A stretch of DNA of 61,256 nucleotides from Babesia bigemina (taxonomy: Eukaryota): assembly GCF_000981445.1 (NCBI RefSeq), contig NC_027216.1, positions 2,480,001-2,541,256 on the forward strand, in the 5' to 3' direction. Every line of letters starts with the position of its first letter. The first letter of the stretch is position 1. Below the pieces are notes generated by a model. The model worked only from the letters and a program-made list of their open reading frames with translations. It was not told the DNA's origin and did no database searches. This document shows, in pieces, positions 34,810 through 45,800 of the stretch. Both the position numbers and the translations under genes were made by a program.

Positions 34810-35022
34810 TTATTGGAGTTTAGGCTTGGAATCACGGAATCCATCACGTATTTGACGGAATATGGTGCCAAGACTCACATCATATTGTCTACCCATGATG
34901 TAAAGGACCAAGACAAGGAGGGCCGAGAAACCAATGAAGCCAGCAAAAGCGATGGCAAGACCGATGCCGATGCATCTAGCTGGGTCTTTGCAATCGCCAC
35001 TGCCATCGCTACAGAAACACAT
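34810..35022 (-). CDS. 70-aa single-pass membrane microprotein with a 4-Cys N-terminus
   Basis: MCFCSDGSGDCKDPARC-IGIGLAIAFAGFIGFSALLVLVLYIM-GRQYDVSLGTIFRQIRDGFRDSKPKLQ. A plausible 41-nt 5' UTR intron GTACGT..CATAG lies at 35034-35074. Confidence 0.55.
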   Translation of the reverse strand: MCFCSDGSGDCKDPARCIGIGLAIAFAGFIGFSALLVLVLYIMGRQYDVSLGTIFRQIRDGFRDSKPKLQ

Positions 35023-35640
35023 TTTCCTCGGAGCTATGTTGACAATGAACCCTGCACAGCAACGAACTACGTACCTCCAACCTCGAACACCTTCGGCCAA
35101 CCGACAAGATTTAATGCCCATACCCCCACCCCTACCATGCCATCCCCCTTTGCTGGGACAACCGTAAATCTAGACGTCACAACGCTTACACGCCATTAAC
35201 ATACCCTCCTGCATGCATTCATAAGACATTTCTACGTTGTGATTTAACAATACAGCAACTAACGATGTAGTATCTAGGAGAAGCGCCAAATCTACCAAAC
35301 ATCTGCTTTGTTCTACCATGGTTACTCTGATATCTGACCAGCTGACCCAAATTGCGTGCTTGATGTTTATGATCAGCACAATGCTGCCACTTATCACGCC
35401 ACTATACAGCACCTCTCACTCACATGCCACGTGCTAACCTAACAGATGGCCCATCACGTTACATGGTGCATCGCTCATCAGGTGGCGGCCTCAACTACCA
35501 GCGGATCAGTTCCACTTCTCTTAATATGAGGTCACCGACACCAACAAATTAATTAGCACGATTCCATCGCAGCGAATCTCCATTACCTAGAAGCTTGCTG
35601 GTTAGGTGAGGCTATACTAGAGTAGAGGGATAGTCGATGC

Positions 35641-36053
35641 CTAAGGCGCAGGTTTTGCATCCGTTCTCAAACTATTTATTGTAAACACCATCCTCTGTGT
35701 GTCTTTATGATGCATAAGCCACAAGCCGTCAATCAATATGAAAATGATGACGGCTATGATGAGGGCGACGACGGCGATGATGATGATGATGATGATGGGG
35801 AGGATGGTCACCTCACTGCTCATGTGATTTGCCATCAACGCAACCATTACTCTGTCTAGAACATTAGATGTAGTTGCCAGTTAGGTTATTGTGATTAGCT
35901 GCGCAGTAGATACCGCACCCTGTGGAACGGCCTGATGCGGAAGTAGATCATGACGCAGATGACGACGATGATGAGGGCTACGGGGACGATGATGTAAGGG
36001 GCGGGAATTATGGTCACCTCACTGCTCATGTGATTTGCCATCAACGCAACCAT
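35641..36053 (-). other. Two 206-bp TM-tail cassettes (ORFs 35641-35847, 68 aa; 35895-36053, 52 aa)
   Basis: Both begin MVALMANHMSSEVTI followed by an Ile/Val-rich TM. Tails are DGLWLMHHK.. and YFRIRPFHRVRYLLRS. Confidence 0.6.
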
Positions 36054-36100
36054 TACTCTGTCTAGAACATTAGATGTAGTTGCCAGTTAGGTTATTGTGA

Positions 36101-36590
36101 TTAGCTGCGCAGTAAATACCGCACCCTGTGGAACGGCCGGATGCGGAAGTAGATCATGACGCAGACGACGAGGATGATGAGGGCGACGGGGGCGATGATG
36201 TAAGGGGCGGGGTTGGAAGATGACGAATTAGAGTGGTTGGAGGAAGGCTGTGGACCGAGGGTTTGACGATGAGCGCTGCTGAAGAGTGGAGGGACCGGGG
36301 GACTGGGCGGCATGGGAGGAAGTGCGGGAATGCTGTTGACCAGAAGAGACAGAATCATAGACGACACGGCCTTTGTCTAAACAACATTTACATGGACATG
36401 ATTTTATGTCACAATGTTTACATTGCAAATCATCATCGCAATTCCCGAATCCACTAGTTCGCGTAGTGTAGAATTCCATACAGTACAGACACCTTGTTCT
36501 ATTACACCCTCCACAGCAATGTGGGCAACAGAAACACTTAGTCTTAGTACATTGTTTGCCACACTTACAGTCAAATATACCCCCCGACAT
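36101..36590 (-). pseudogene. Cys-rich small membrane protein, copy C, frameshifted between the Cys domain and the TM
   Basis: ATG at 36590; 18 Cys in the first 70 aa with the same spacing as the paralogs at 44336 and 53296. The TM and YFRIRPFHRVRYLLRS tail are in another frame (490 nt total = 3n+1). Confidence 0.7.
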
Positions 36591-36621
36591 CTTCCCCTCT
36601 CCCACTCCCAGTCCCCTTAAC

Positions 36622-37363
36622 CTGCAGACATATCAATAACCTAAGCAGCACTCACCGACTGCAACACGTACCACTGTCCCTCCCACTCCCCTCAACCTGC
36701 GAACATATCAATTACCTAAGCAGCACTCACCAACTGCAACACTACCACTGCCGCTACCAGTCCCCTCAACCTGCAAACATATCAATCACCTAGCAACGCA
36801 CTCACCAACTGCAACACGTACCACTGCCGCTCCCAGTCCCCTCAGCCTGCAAGCATATCAATCACCTAGCAAGCACTCACCAACTGCAACACTACCACTG
36901 CCACTCCCAGTCCCCTCAGCCTGCAAACATCAATCACTCAAGCAGCACTCACCAACTGCAACACTACCACTGCCACTCCCAGTCCCCTCAGCCTGCAAAC
37001 ATCAATCACTCAAGCAGCACTCACCAACTGCAACACTACCACTGCCGCTACCAGTCCCCTCAACCTGCGAACATATCAATCACTCAAGCAACGCACTCAC
37101 CAACTGCAACACTACCACTGCCGCTCCCAGTCCCCTCAACCTGCGAACATATCAATTACCTAAGCAGCACTCACCAACTGCAACACGTACCACTGCCGCT
37201 CCCACTCCCCTCAACCTGCGAACATATCAATTACCTAAGCAGCACTCACCAACTGCAACACGTACCACTGCCGCTCCCACTCCCCTCAACCTGCGAACAT
37301 ATCAATTACCTAAGCAGCACTCACCAACTGCAACACTACCACTGCCACTCCCAGTCCCCTCAT
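36622..37363 (-). repeat. 72-77 bp tandem repeat, 10 units, each a GTGAGT..GCAG mini-intron (32-36 nt) plus a 39-41 nt exon-like segment
   Basis: Intron-like segments at 36622-36655, 36697-36730, 36771-36805, 36847-36880, 36921-36952, 36993-37024, 37065-37100, 37141-37174, 37216-37249 and 37291-37324. Confidence 0.85.
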
Positions 37364-37880
37364 GAACACGTACCCTCACCCCTGTGTCCCCCCAGCCCGG
37401 GCCACCGACACCCACGCTGCCCAGGATACCACAGCTGCGGCTGACGCGACGCATGTGACTAGCATCAACTGTCACTCTAAATTATTCACTATTCGCAACG
37501 CCATCAACATTGCGGCGACCCGTGCGCTCATCTCCCACAGTGCAGCAGCACCGTGCTACGAGCCGCGGTATCGGCGCCATGCTGGCGGAGCGCGTCGGCT
37601 ACGTGCCTAAATGTGATATTAACAATCGCTACATTGCCGCCTATAAACGCTACTTAACCAGGCCAACGCGGATTACGCCACTCTGCCAGTGACTCGCAAC
37701 ACACGACTTAGGTCACCCGCCGCGGCCCTCACGACCGCCTACGTTAGCGACCAATCACCCAGCCTCACGTGACACTGACTCAATGGGCAACGCGGACACC
37801 TCTCACAGTCAACGCCCAACTCAACGCACCAGGCAATCAACGTGCTACAACACCTACCAAATCACGGTTCATCTGCCAGC
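37364..37880 (-). promoter_or_regulatory. Conserved non-repetitive spacer upstream of the Cys-rich gene (putative promoter)
   Basis: Nearly identical to 45285-45800 (offset 7921). Promoter function is inferred from position only. Confidence 0.4.
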
Positions 37881-38300
37881 TTAGAACGTTGCCTAGGTGC
37901 TTGCTTACCACTTTGCCTGGGTGCTTGCTTACCACTTTGCCTGGGTGCTTGCTTACCACTTTGCCTGGTTGCTTGCTTACCACTTTGCCTGGTTGCTAGC
38001 TTAGCACTTTGCCTAGTTGCTAGCTTAGCACTTTGCCTGAGTGCCAGGTTAACACGTTGCCTGGTTGCTAGGTTAACACTTTGCCTGGTTGCTTGCTTAT
38101 CACATTGCCTGGTTGCCAGCTTACCACTTTGCCTGGGTGCCAGGTTAGCACTTAGCCTGGTTGCTAGCTTAGGACTTAGCCTGTGTGCTAGCTTAGCACT
38201 TTGCTTGGTTGCTAGCTTAGGACTTAGCCTGTGTGCTAGCTTAGCACTTTGCCTGGTTGCTAGGTTAGCACTTTGCCTGGTTGCTAGCTTATCACTTTGC
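37880..38300. repeat. 24-bp minisatellite TGCCTGGTTGCTAGCTTAGCACTT, ~17 units
   Basis: Visible tandem array downstream of the minus-strand gene ending at 38460. Confidence 0.95.
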
Positions 38301-38459
38301 ATTGTCGTTCACTCATCACTTAATCTCAACACTATTTAGTTCACAGGTTACCCCTTGAGTAATTCGAGACATTAGACTACGTTTGTTGGTTAGGTGAGTA
38401 GGTGAGCTATGGTAGCTGAGTTGTTACGTGAGTTGTGTGAATTACAAATGTGACGATGA

Positions 38460-41400
38460 TTACGGTTGTAGATACGATATCTTGGCAAGCCTTCCGACTT
38501 GCGCTGCCGCCAACAGCGATTGCGCCGTTATCTTGTGCGACGACGGTGTTCGCAGGTGTGAGCGTATGTGGAGCACATCCAGTCTGCCAACCATTACGCA
38601 AATGAGGTAGAAGAGGGACAGTGACCAGAGCGCGACGTTCATCCACAAGAAAGGTGCGCGGATGGTGAACATGAATTTATCAATGGCTTTGAAAAACTGC
38701 ACAAGATGTGAGTCCTTCTCAAATGCCTCCGCAAATACATAGCAGAAATCTCTGCACGTGCGTTTCTTCTCAATGCCTGCGCTTCCGTTCAGCCTCTCTG
38801 GATCGCCGAGAACAAAACCGTACTTCGCCAATGTCGGCAGCGTGTAATTGCACTGTACAATGGATTTGCAGTTGCGATCGTGATATCGTGGCGGATCATG
38901 TTTGGATGTAGTAGGACACTCTTTGATGCACGCCTTTTCATGGCAATTCGATCCCCTGGAACCGCATTTGGAATTGCACTCATCGTACAATTGCTTAAGC
39001 AGATCGTAGAACGTCGCCGTTAGATAGACAATCCACGACAAATATTTATCGGCGTGTTTCGACGAGAACGTCTCGTAGATGGCGTGAGTGATCGGACGCA
39101 GATAAGGACCGCATACGACGGAGTATTTCGATGAGCAAACGAGACTGCCCAGGCTACCATCGGAATGCCCCTTCTTCAATGCTGAGTGACTAGGGGTAAA
39201 TAAGTGGTAGACTTTCAACTCACCATAAGGACGCCCGAAATTGGCAGCGTTGACTTTGTCCTCAAATGCCTCTCTCTTGTGTCCGTTACCACTCATACCC
39301 CAGCGATCGGTGAGATGATAGTAGAAGCTGAACATGTCAGCCAGCGTTTTCGGCGCACTAGGCAAAAGGCAGTTGAGGTAACCGCACAGTCTAGTGAGAG
39401 GCGATTTCGCACTCCCACAGAAATCGTAAAGCACCTCGCATATATCCTGGCCAATCATCGTATGCGACGCAGTGGCACCGATGTCGGCGAAGCCCATTGG
39501 CGTTCTGCACGGCATACCAGGTGTACCACCACACGTGCCACATGACAGACTGGATCCCCTAGCCGTTACCGAATGCGGCAGGTGGCCCTTCAAACCGTCC
39601 TCCAAGAACGATTGCAGTGGCGACTTGACGCCGCAGCTGGGATATTGGCCACCCCTTTGGTTGCCACTTTGGTCGTGCCTTTGGTCGCAGTCTTGCTTAG
39701 GGCATTGCTTTGTGTTGCACTGCCAGCCCGACCCACCGATGTACCTGCCGTAGTGACAGTCACTCCAGCCGCTTAGCTGAGCATTGTGCTTACACTGTTG
39801 CAGCAGGAAGTACAGCTGGTGGTAGAGGCGCTTGAGCAGGTCGAACAACGTACACAGCAATTGAATCATGTTGCTAGGGTAATCTAATTTAAGAGAGTTG
39901 CTGGAGAACTCACAGGCGTAAATTCCGTCCTTGTGACCGTGGCCGAGGATAGCAGTGAGGACGGCGTGGGAGTCAGATGAGACCTTGTAGAGCGCTTCGT
40001 AAATATGCGTGTGTTCAAAGTCAGACGGGTGCGCATCGAAGGGTTGCAGCGTTTTAGTACCCGGCCGTTCTTTGTCGTCCTTCATGAACTCAGATTGAAC
40101 TTGCGCCTTGAGCTTCTCGTATACGGGGTTGAACTGCAGGCCGTTGCACCAGACGAGAATTTCGTAAACGGAGCACGGAGCCTTGGGTTTGTTGACAAGC
40201 GTAAGGTGGCATACACGGAAGTACGTTTTTAAGAGATCATAGAGTTTTCGGATGAGACCGCTTTCCTCCGCGACGGTTACACCTAGCTCGTCCGACCCGG
40301 ATGTCGATTGAGGGATGCCGATGACGGGAGATGAGCGTTGACTGAACAGTTCATGTGCATTGGTAAGGTGTTTGAGAATGTTGCTACCATTAAAGTCACG
40401 TTTGTGATTTAGTTCGCCATGTTCAGCGTTTGGAGGACGATGCACGTCATACCCATTGTCGCGGAAGAAGAGAGCGTGGAGGCTGGAGTTGCTATCAGCT
40501 CGGTGATAGATTTTGTGATCATTCCAGTTCTCATATTCAAGGCCATGCTTTAGAGTAGTTAATTCTTGATATAAGATGGGCGTGATGGTCCAACAGATTT
40601 TCGCGTAGTGTCCCAGTTCTGCCTCTTGCCATTGTCTCCCGGAGTAACTGCTCACGTAGGTTTTGTCAAGTGCGTCGACCAAAGCAGCAATTCCCCCTTT
40701 CAGGGCTTGTAACATGACCGTCGAAGATGTGCCGAATTGCCGAGGAGCGAGTTGGTCGAGAGTATTCTTAACTGTGTCTAAGTTATCTCTAAATTGGTGA
40801 TTGAAATGTTCGGAAGTTTTAAGTCCATCAAGCAAAGTTAGAAGAGAGTTGTGCAAGGGCTCGTATTTTTGAAAGTCTGATATGAAGTCCGTCTGTGACT
40901 TCAAATAATGACATAAACGTCTGGAAGCGTTGTATGCTCTCTCAGCTGCCTGGCTGAGTGGAGACTTCTCTGGACGAGAGTGGGTGGTCTTGATGTCCCT
41001 AATGACTTTAATTCCTTTGTCAGTTCCAATGAAATACTTTTCTATTTTATTCATGAACCCTTTAACGCCCAAGTCCAACTCCTTAGTTATCAAGCCAGGC
41101 AGCGGATGTAATTCCGTCTCAGCCTTCGTTGAGAAGGCCACGAGCAGACCCTGTAGAGATGTGACGTACTGTTCTCTTGCCTCAGTAATTAGAGCTTTCT
41201 TAGCGCTCTCCACTTGTGAATCGACGTCTCTTCCTAGTGCCTGGATGGTGGCGGTACCGGAGTGATCCACACTTCCGAGGAATTTTTTGGCAGCATCCAG
41301 GGCTACTGCGACCGGACGTTGCAAATCGTTGAAGGAGTGTTGAAGTTCCTGGAGTTCACCTTTATTGGGAGTTTTTCCAACCTTAAAATTTTTAAGGTTC

Positions 41401-42491
41401 TCTAATTTTTTGTTTGCGAAAAAAGCGGCATCAGATATTGTGCGTGTGAGCAACTTGAGAGTATCAGTAATTTTAGTGGACATCTCGGTAATAGCTTTGG
41501 TAGTTATCTCCACTGTGATGTCGTTAATTTGGGATTTCAGAGAGCCGCCATCTTCTTTCAGTATTGGATTGAGTTCGCCTATTTTCTCCTTAACGTCCCA
41601 CAACGATTGATTAAAGTTCTTTCCAACACTGCCGGAACTCGTATCGCCTCCCAACCTATTAACAACATCGCTCGCATTGGTAATCGCTGACTCAACGTTG
41701 CCGAGTTTGGACATAGACATGAATTGTTGAATTTCGTCGCCAACCCCTCTCGCCACACCAACCAGTTGGTGCAAGATTATATTAACGGCAGCTTTAAAGT
41801 AAGCTTTAGTGTCTGAATTATGTGTTGGGGATGTCTTCACCACAAGGTCTTTCTCCATCGCCATGACAATCTTATCTAAGAATCCATCAAGCTCAGTAGC
41901 CGTTAGTTCAATTTCTAGCCGTTCGGCAAATGCCTTGCAAACAGCTTGTACACCGGTAACATAAGCTTCAATGCTGTTTTTCACTCCTTCCGCGGCATTA
42001 ATGAAATTTTGAGCCACTTCGATTTCAGAAGTACCAATTTGTGCCTCAATCGCGTTTGTTATTCCCTTAGTGAGCTTCTGCATCAATTCACTTTGCCCCG
42101 CCACACCATATGGCGACTTAAACTCGCCACTGTTATTGGTAACATACTGCCCACATGCTTCAATGTACATTTTTACAGGACCGCTCTCAAGAATATCTTC
42201 CAACCAGTCTTGTAGCACGCCTTGGAACTTCTTATCTTCCATTCCGCCTTCACCCATCTTGCCATCGAAATTCTTACCAAACTTTTCCACCCCTTTCACT
42301 ATTGCCGTTAGACCTTGATCTCCACCGACGATTTCACGATTGACCAACTCTTTGATTCCTTCTTTGATATTTCCCCAATCCTGCAGTAAACCTGGGCTTC
42401 TGGCGCCTCCACCTGCCTTCTCTTTCAAAACCTTAAAATGTCCTTCAACCTGCGTAACCAACCCTGTGAGTGTCATCGCTGCCGTAACCAT
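38460..42491 (-). pseudogene. 5'-truncated VESA-related ('ebh'-type) gene fused to the 20-bp satellite
   Basis: Lacks the N-terminal GIVYSDLDRLCD block, and its first codons (MVTAAMT) come from the satellite. The C-terminal PCSVYEIL, SPLQSFLED, TM and SHKITAQSLLAAAQVGRLAKISYLQP are intact. Confidence 0.7.
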
Positions 42492-42792
42492 GTCATCGCT
42501 GCCGTGACCATGTCATCGCTGCCGTGTCCATGTCACCGCTGCCGTAACCATATCATCGCTGCCGTGTCCATGTCATCGCTGCCGTAAGCATGTCATCGCT
42601 GCCGTGACCATGTCATCGCTGCCGTGTCCATGTCATCGCTGCCGTGTCCATGTCATCGCTGCCGTAACCATGACATCGCTGCCGTAACCATGTCATCGCT
42701 GCCGTAACCATGTCATCACTGCCGTGACCATGTCATCGCTGCCGTGTCCATGTCATCGCTGCCGTGACCATGTCACCGCTGCCGTAACCATC
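42471..42792. repeat. 20-bp minisatellite GCCGTGACCATGTCATCGCT, ~16 units
   Basis: Visible tandem array, followed by a short 12-bp TTGGTCAGCAC-type repeat to ~42885. Confidence 0.95.
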
Positions 42793-42969
42793 AACTTGGT
42801 CAGCACGTTGGTCAGCACATTGGTCGTGGCATTGGTCAGCGCTTTGGTCAGCACCTTGGTCATGACATTGGTCAGGTGGTTGGTCACCTCACTGCTGATG
42901 TAATTGGTCATCAATGCAATAATCACTGTCTAAAACATTAAATTCCAGCTGGCATTTAGGTTATTGTGA

Positions 42970-44249
42970 TTAGCTGCGCAGTAGATACCGCACCCTGTGG
43001 AAGGGCCGGATGCGGAAGTAGATCATGACGCAGATGACGACGATGATGAGGGCTACGGGGACGATGATGTAAGGGGCGGGAATTATGGTCACCTCACTGC
43101 TCATGTGATTTGCCATCAACGCAACCATTACTCTGTCTAGAACATTAGATGTAGTTGCCAGTTAGGTTATTGTGATTAGCTGCGCAGTAGATACCGCACC
43201 CTGTGGAAGGGCCGGATGCGGAAGTAGATCATGACGCAGATGACGACGATGATGAGGGCTACGGGGACGATGATGTAAGGGGCGGGAATTATGGTCACCT
43301 CACTGCTCATGTGATTTGCCATCAACGCAACCATTACTCTGTCTAGAACATTAGATGTAGTTGCCAGTTAGGTTATTGTGATTAGCTGCGCAGTAAATAC
43401 CGCACCCTGTGGAACGGCCGGATGCGGAAGTAGATCATGACGCAGACGACGAGGATGATGAGGGCGACGGGGGCGATGATGTAAGGGGCGGGGGTTATGG
43501 TCACCTCGCTGCTCATGTGATCGATCATCAACGCAATCAACACTATATCTGCAACATTAAATGTCATTTGCCAGTTAGGTTATTTTGTTAGCTGCGCAGT
43601 AGATACCGCACCCTGTGGAACGGCCGGATGCGGAAGTAGCTCATGACGCAGATGACGACGATGATGAGGGCGACGACGGCGATGATGATGATGATGATGA
43701 TGGGGAGGATGGTCACCTCACTGCTCATGTGATTTGCCATCAACGCAACCATTACTCTGTCTAGAACATTAGATGTAGTTGCCAGTTAGGTTATTGTGAT
43801 TAGCTGCGCAGTAGATACCGCACCCTGTGGAACGGCCGGATGCGGAAGTAGATCATGACGCAGATGACGATAATGATGAGGGCGACGGGGGCGATGATGT
43901 AAGGGGCAGGGGTTATGGTCACCTCCCTCCTCATGTGATTCGTCATCAACGCAATCAGTACTCTTTCTATAACATTAGATGTCAGTTGCCAGTTAGGTTA
44001 TCGGTGGAATTTGGATTAACAATTTCAGCGCTAACAAATTGCTGAGATCAGCTGTAAAACGCGATGCAGAAGGGTATCTTGCGGACGAGGAAATCGCGGA
44101 TGTTGCGGCCCACCGGGAAGCGGATGATGCACAGGTCGAGCAGGATGATGGCGACGATGAGGGCAACGATGACGGCGGCGATGGCCGAGTAGGGAGGGGG
44201 GGAAAGTAGTCACCTCACTGCTCATGTGATTGACAATCAACGCAATCAT
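42970..44249 (-). other. Array of six ~206-bp TM-tail cassettes
   Basis: ORFs 42970-43128, 43176-43334, 43382-43567, 43588-43752 and 43800-43946 end in the tail YFRIRPFHRVRYLLRS. 44048-44249 ends in LDLCIIRFPVGRNIRDFLVRKIPFCIAFYS and is frameshifted near the G7 run at 44196-44202. Confidence 0.7.
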
Positions 44250-44335
44250 TACTGTCTAGCACATTAGATGTCAGTTGCCAGTTAGGTGATCAGTGGGATT
44301 TGGATTACGATGTTTGCGCCAACAAATTGCTGAGA

Positions 44336-44887
44336 TTAGCTGTAGAACGCGATGCAGAAGGGTATCTTGCGTACGAGAAAATCGCGGATGTTGCGGCCCA
44401 CCGGGAATCGGAATATGCACAGGTCGAGCAGGATGATGGCGACGATCATGGCAACGATGACGGCGGCGATGGTTTCCGGGGGAAGCGAAAAAGAAGGGCC
44501 GGGGGAAGATTGCGAATTGCTGTCTTCGGTACGAGACGGATTCTCTTGACCGGCTTTAAGATGCTGCGCATCGGGGGAAGGATCGGGAGGGTGTTGACTG
44601 GTGAGAGACTGGGAGGAGACAGGATGTTGTTCACTTTCACGTTTCTTTTTACAACATGTACATGAACATTGACATTTACCCTCCTTGCCTCTACATTGGT
44701 CGTTACATTTCGCAGTCTTGCAATCGTAACGCTTAGACGGGTTAGTGCGTACCATGTAATATCCACCACATTGACCGCAACCTGCATCCGTGCCTTTTTT
44801 ACATTCCACACAGCACCACGGACAGCAATCACACCGTCGAGACATTACACATCCAGTACCACACGTACACGGATCCCCCCAAACCAT
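44336..44887 (-). CDS. Cys-rich small membrane protein, copy B (183 aa)
   Basis: 19 Cys in the first 79 aa, a Ser/Pro/Gln linker, TM IAAVIVAMIVAIILLDLCIF, and tail RFPVGRNIRDFLVRKIPFCIAFYS. Confidence 0.8.
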   Translation of the reverse strand: MVWGDPCTCGTGCVMSRRCDCCPWCCVECKKGTDAGCGQCGGYYMVRTNPSKRYDCKTAKCNDQCRGKEGKCQCSCTCCKKKRESEQHPVSSQSLTSQHPPDPSPDAQHLKAGQENPSRTEDSNSQSSPGPSFSLPPETIAAVIVAMIVAIILLDLCIFRFPVGRNIRDFLVRKIPFCIAFYS

Positions 44888-44916
44888 CTTCCCCTTCCCC
44901 TCCCAGTCCCCTCAAC

Positions 44917-45284
44917 CTGCAAACATATCAATCACCTAGCAACGCACTCACCAACTGCAACACGTACCACTGCCGCTACCACTCCCCTCAGCCTGCAAGC
45001 ATATCAATCACCTAGCAAGCACTCACCAACTGCAACGCTACCACTGCCCCTCCCAGTCCACTCAACCTGCAAACTATCAATCACCTAAGCAACGCACTCA
45101 CCAACTGCAACACTACCACTGCCACTCCCAGTCCCCTCAGCCTGCAAACATCAATCACTCAAGCAGCACTCACCAACTGCAACACTACCACTGCCACTCC
45201 CAGTCCCCTCAGCCTGCAAACATCAATCACTCAAGCAGCACTCACCAACTGCAACACTACCACTGCCGCTCTCACTCCCCTCAT
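44917..45284 (-). repeat. 72-76 bp exon+mini-intron repeat, 5 units
   Basis: Intron-like segments at 44917-44951, 44993-45026, 45067-45101, 45142-45173 and 45214-45245. Confidence 0.85.
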
Positions 45285-45800
45285 CACCACCTACCCTCAC
45301 CCCTGTGTCCCCCCAGCCCAGGCCACCGACACCCAAGCTGCCCGGGATACCACAGCTGCGGCTGACGCGACGCATGTGACTAGCATCAACTGTCACTCTA
45401 AATTATTCACTATTCGCAACGCCATCAACATTGCGGCGACCCGTGCGCTCATCTCCCACAGTGCAGCAGCACCGTGCTACGAGCCGCGGTATCGGCGCCA
45501 TGCTGGCGGAGCGCGTCGGCTACGTGCCTAAATGTGATATTAACAATCGCTACATTGCCGCCTATAAACGCTACTTAACCAGGCCAACGCAGATTACGCC
45601 ACCCTGCCAGTGACTCGCAACACACGACTTTGGTCACCCGCCGCGGCCCTCACGACCGCCTACGTTAGCGACCAATCACCCAGCCTCACGTGACACTGAC
45701 TCAATGAGCAACGCAGACACCTCTCACAGTCAACGCCTAACTCAACGCACCAGGCAATCAACGTGCTACAACACCCACCAAATTACGGTTCATCCGCCAG
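45285..45800 (-). promoter_or_regulatory. Second copy of the conserved spacer (putative promoter)
   Basis: Near-identical to 37364-37880. Confidence 0.4.

Noticed and set aside
35210..35217. TGCATGCA ApiAP2-type motif
   Set aside because: A single 8-mer is expected by chance in 61 kb.
37510..37692. 60-aa ORF duplicated at 45431-45613
   Set aside because: TTG start, and the similarity simply reflects segmental duplication.
42970..44249. CRISPR-like appearance of regularly spaced repeats here and at 36622-37363
   Set aside because: Eukaryotic context, no unique spacers and no cas genes; the units are tandem duplicates.
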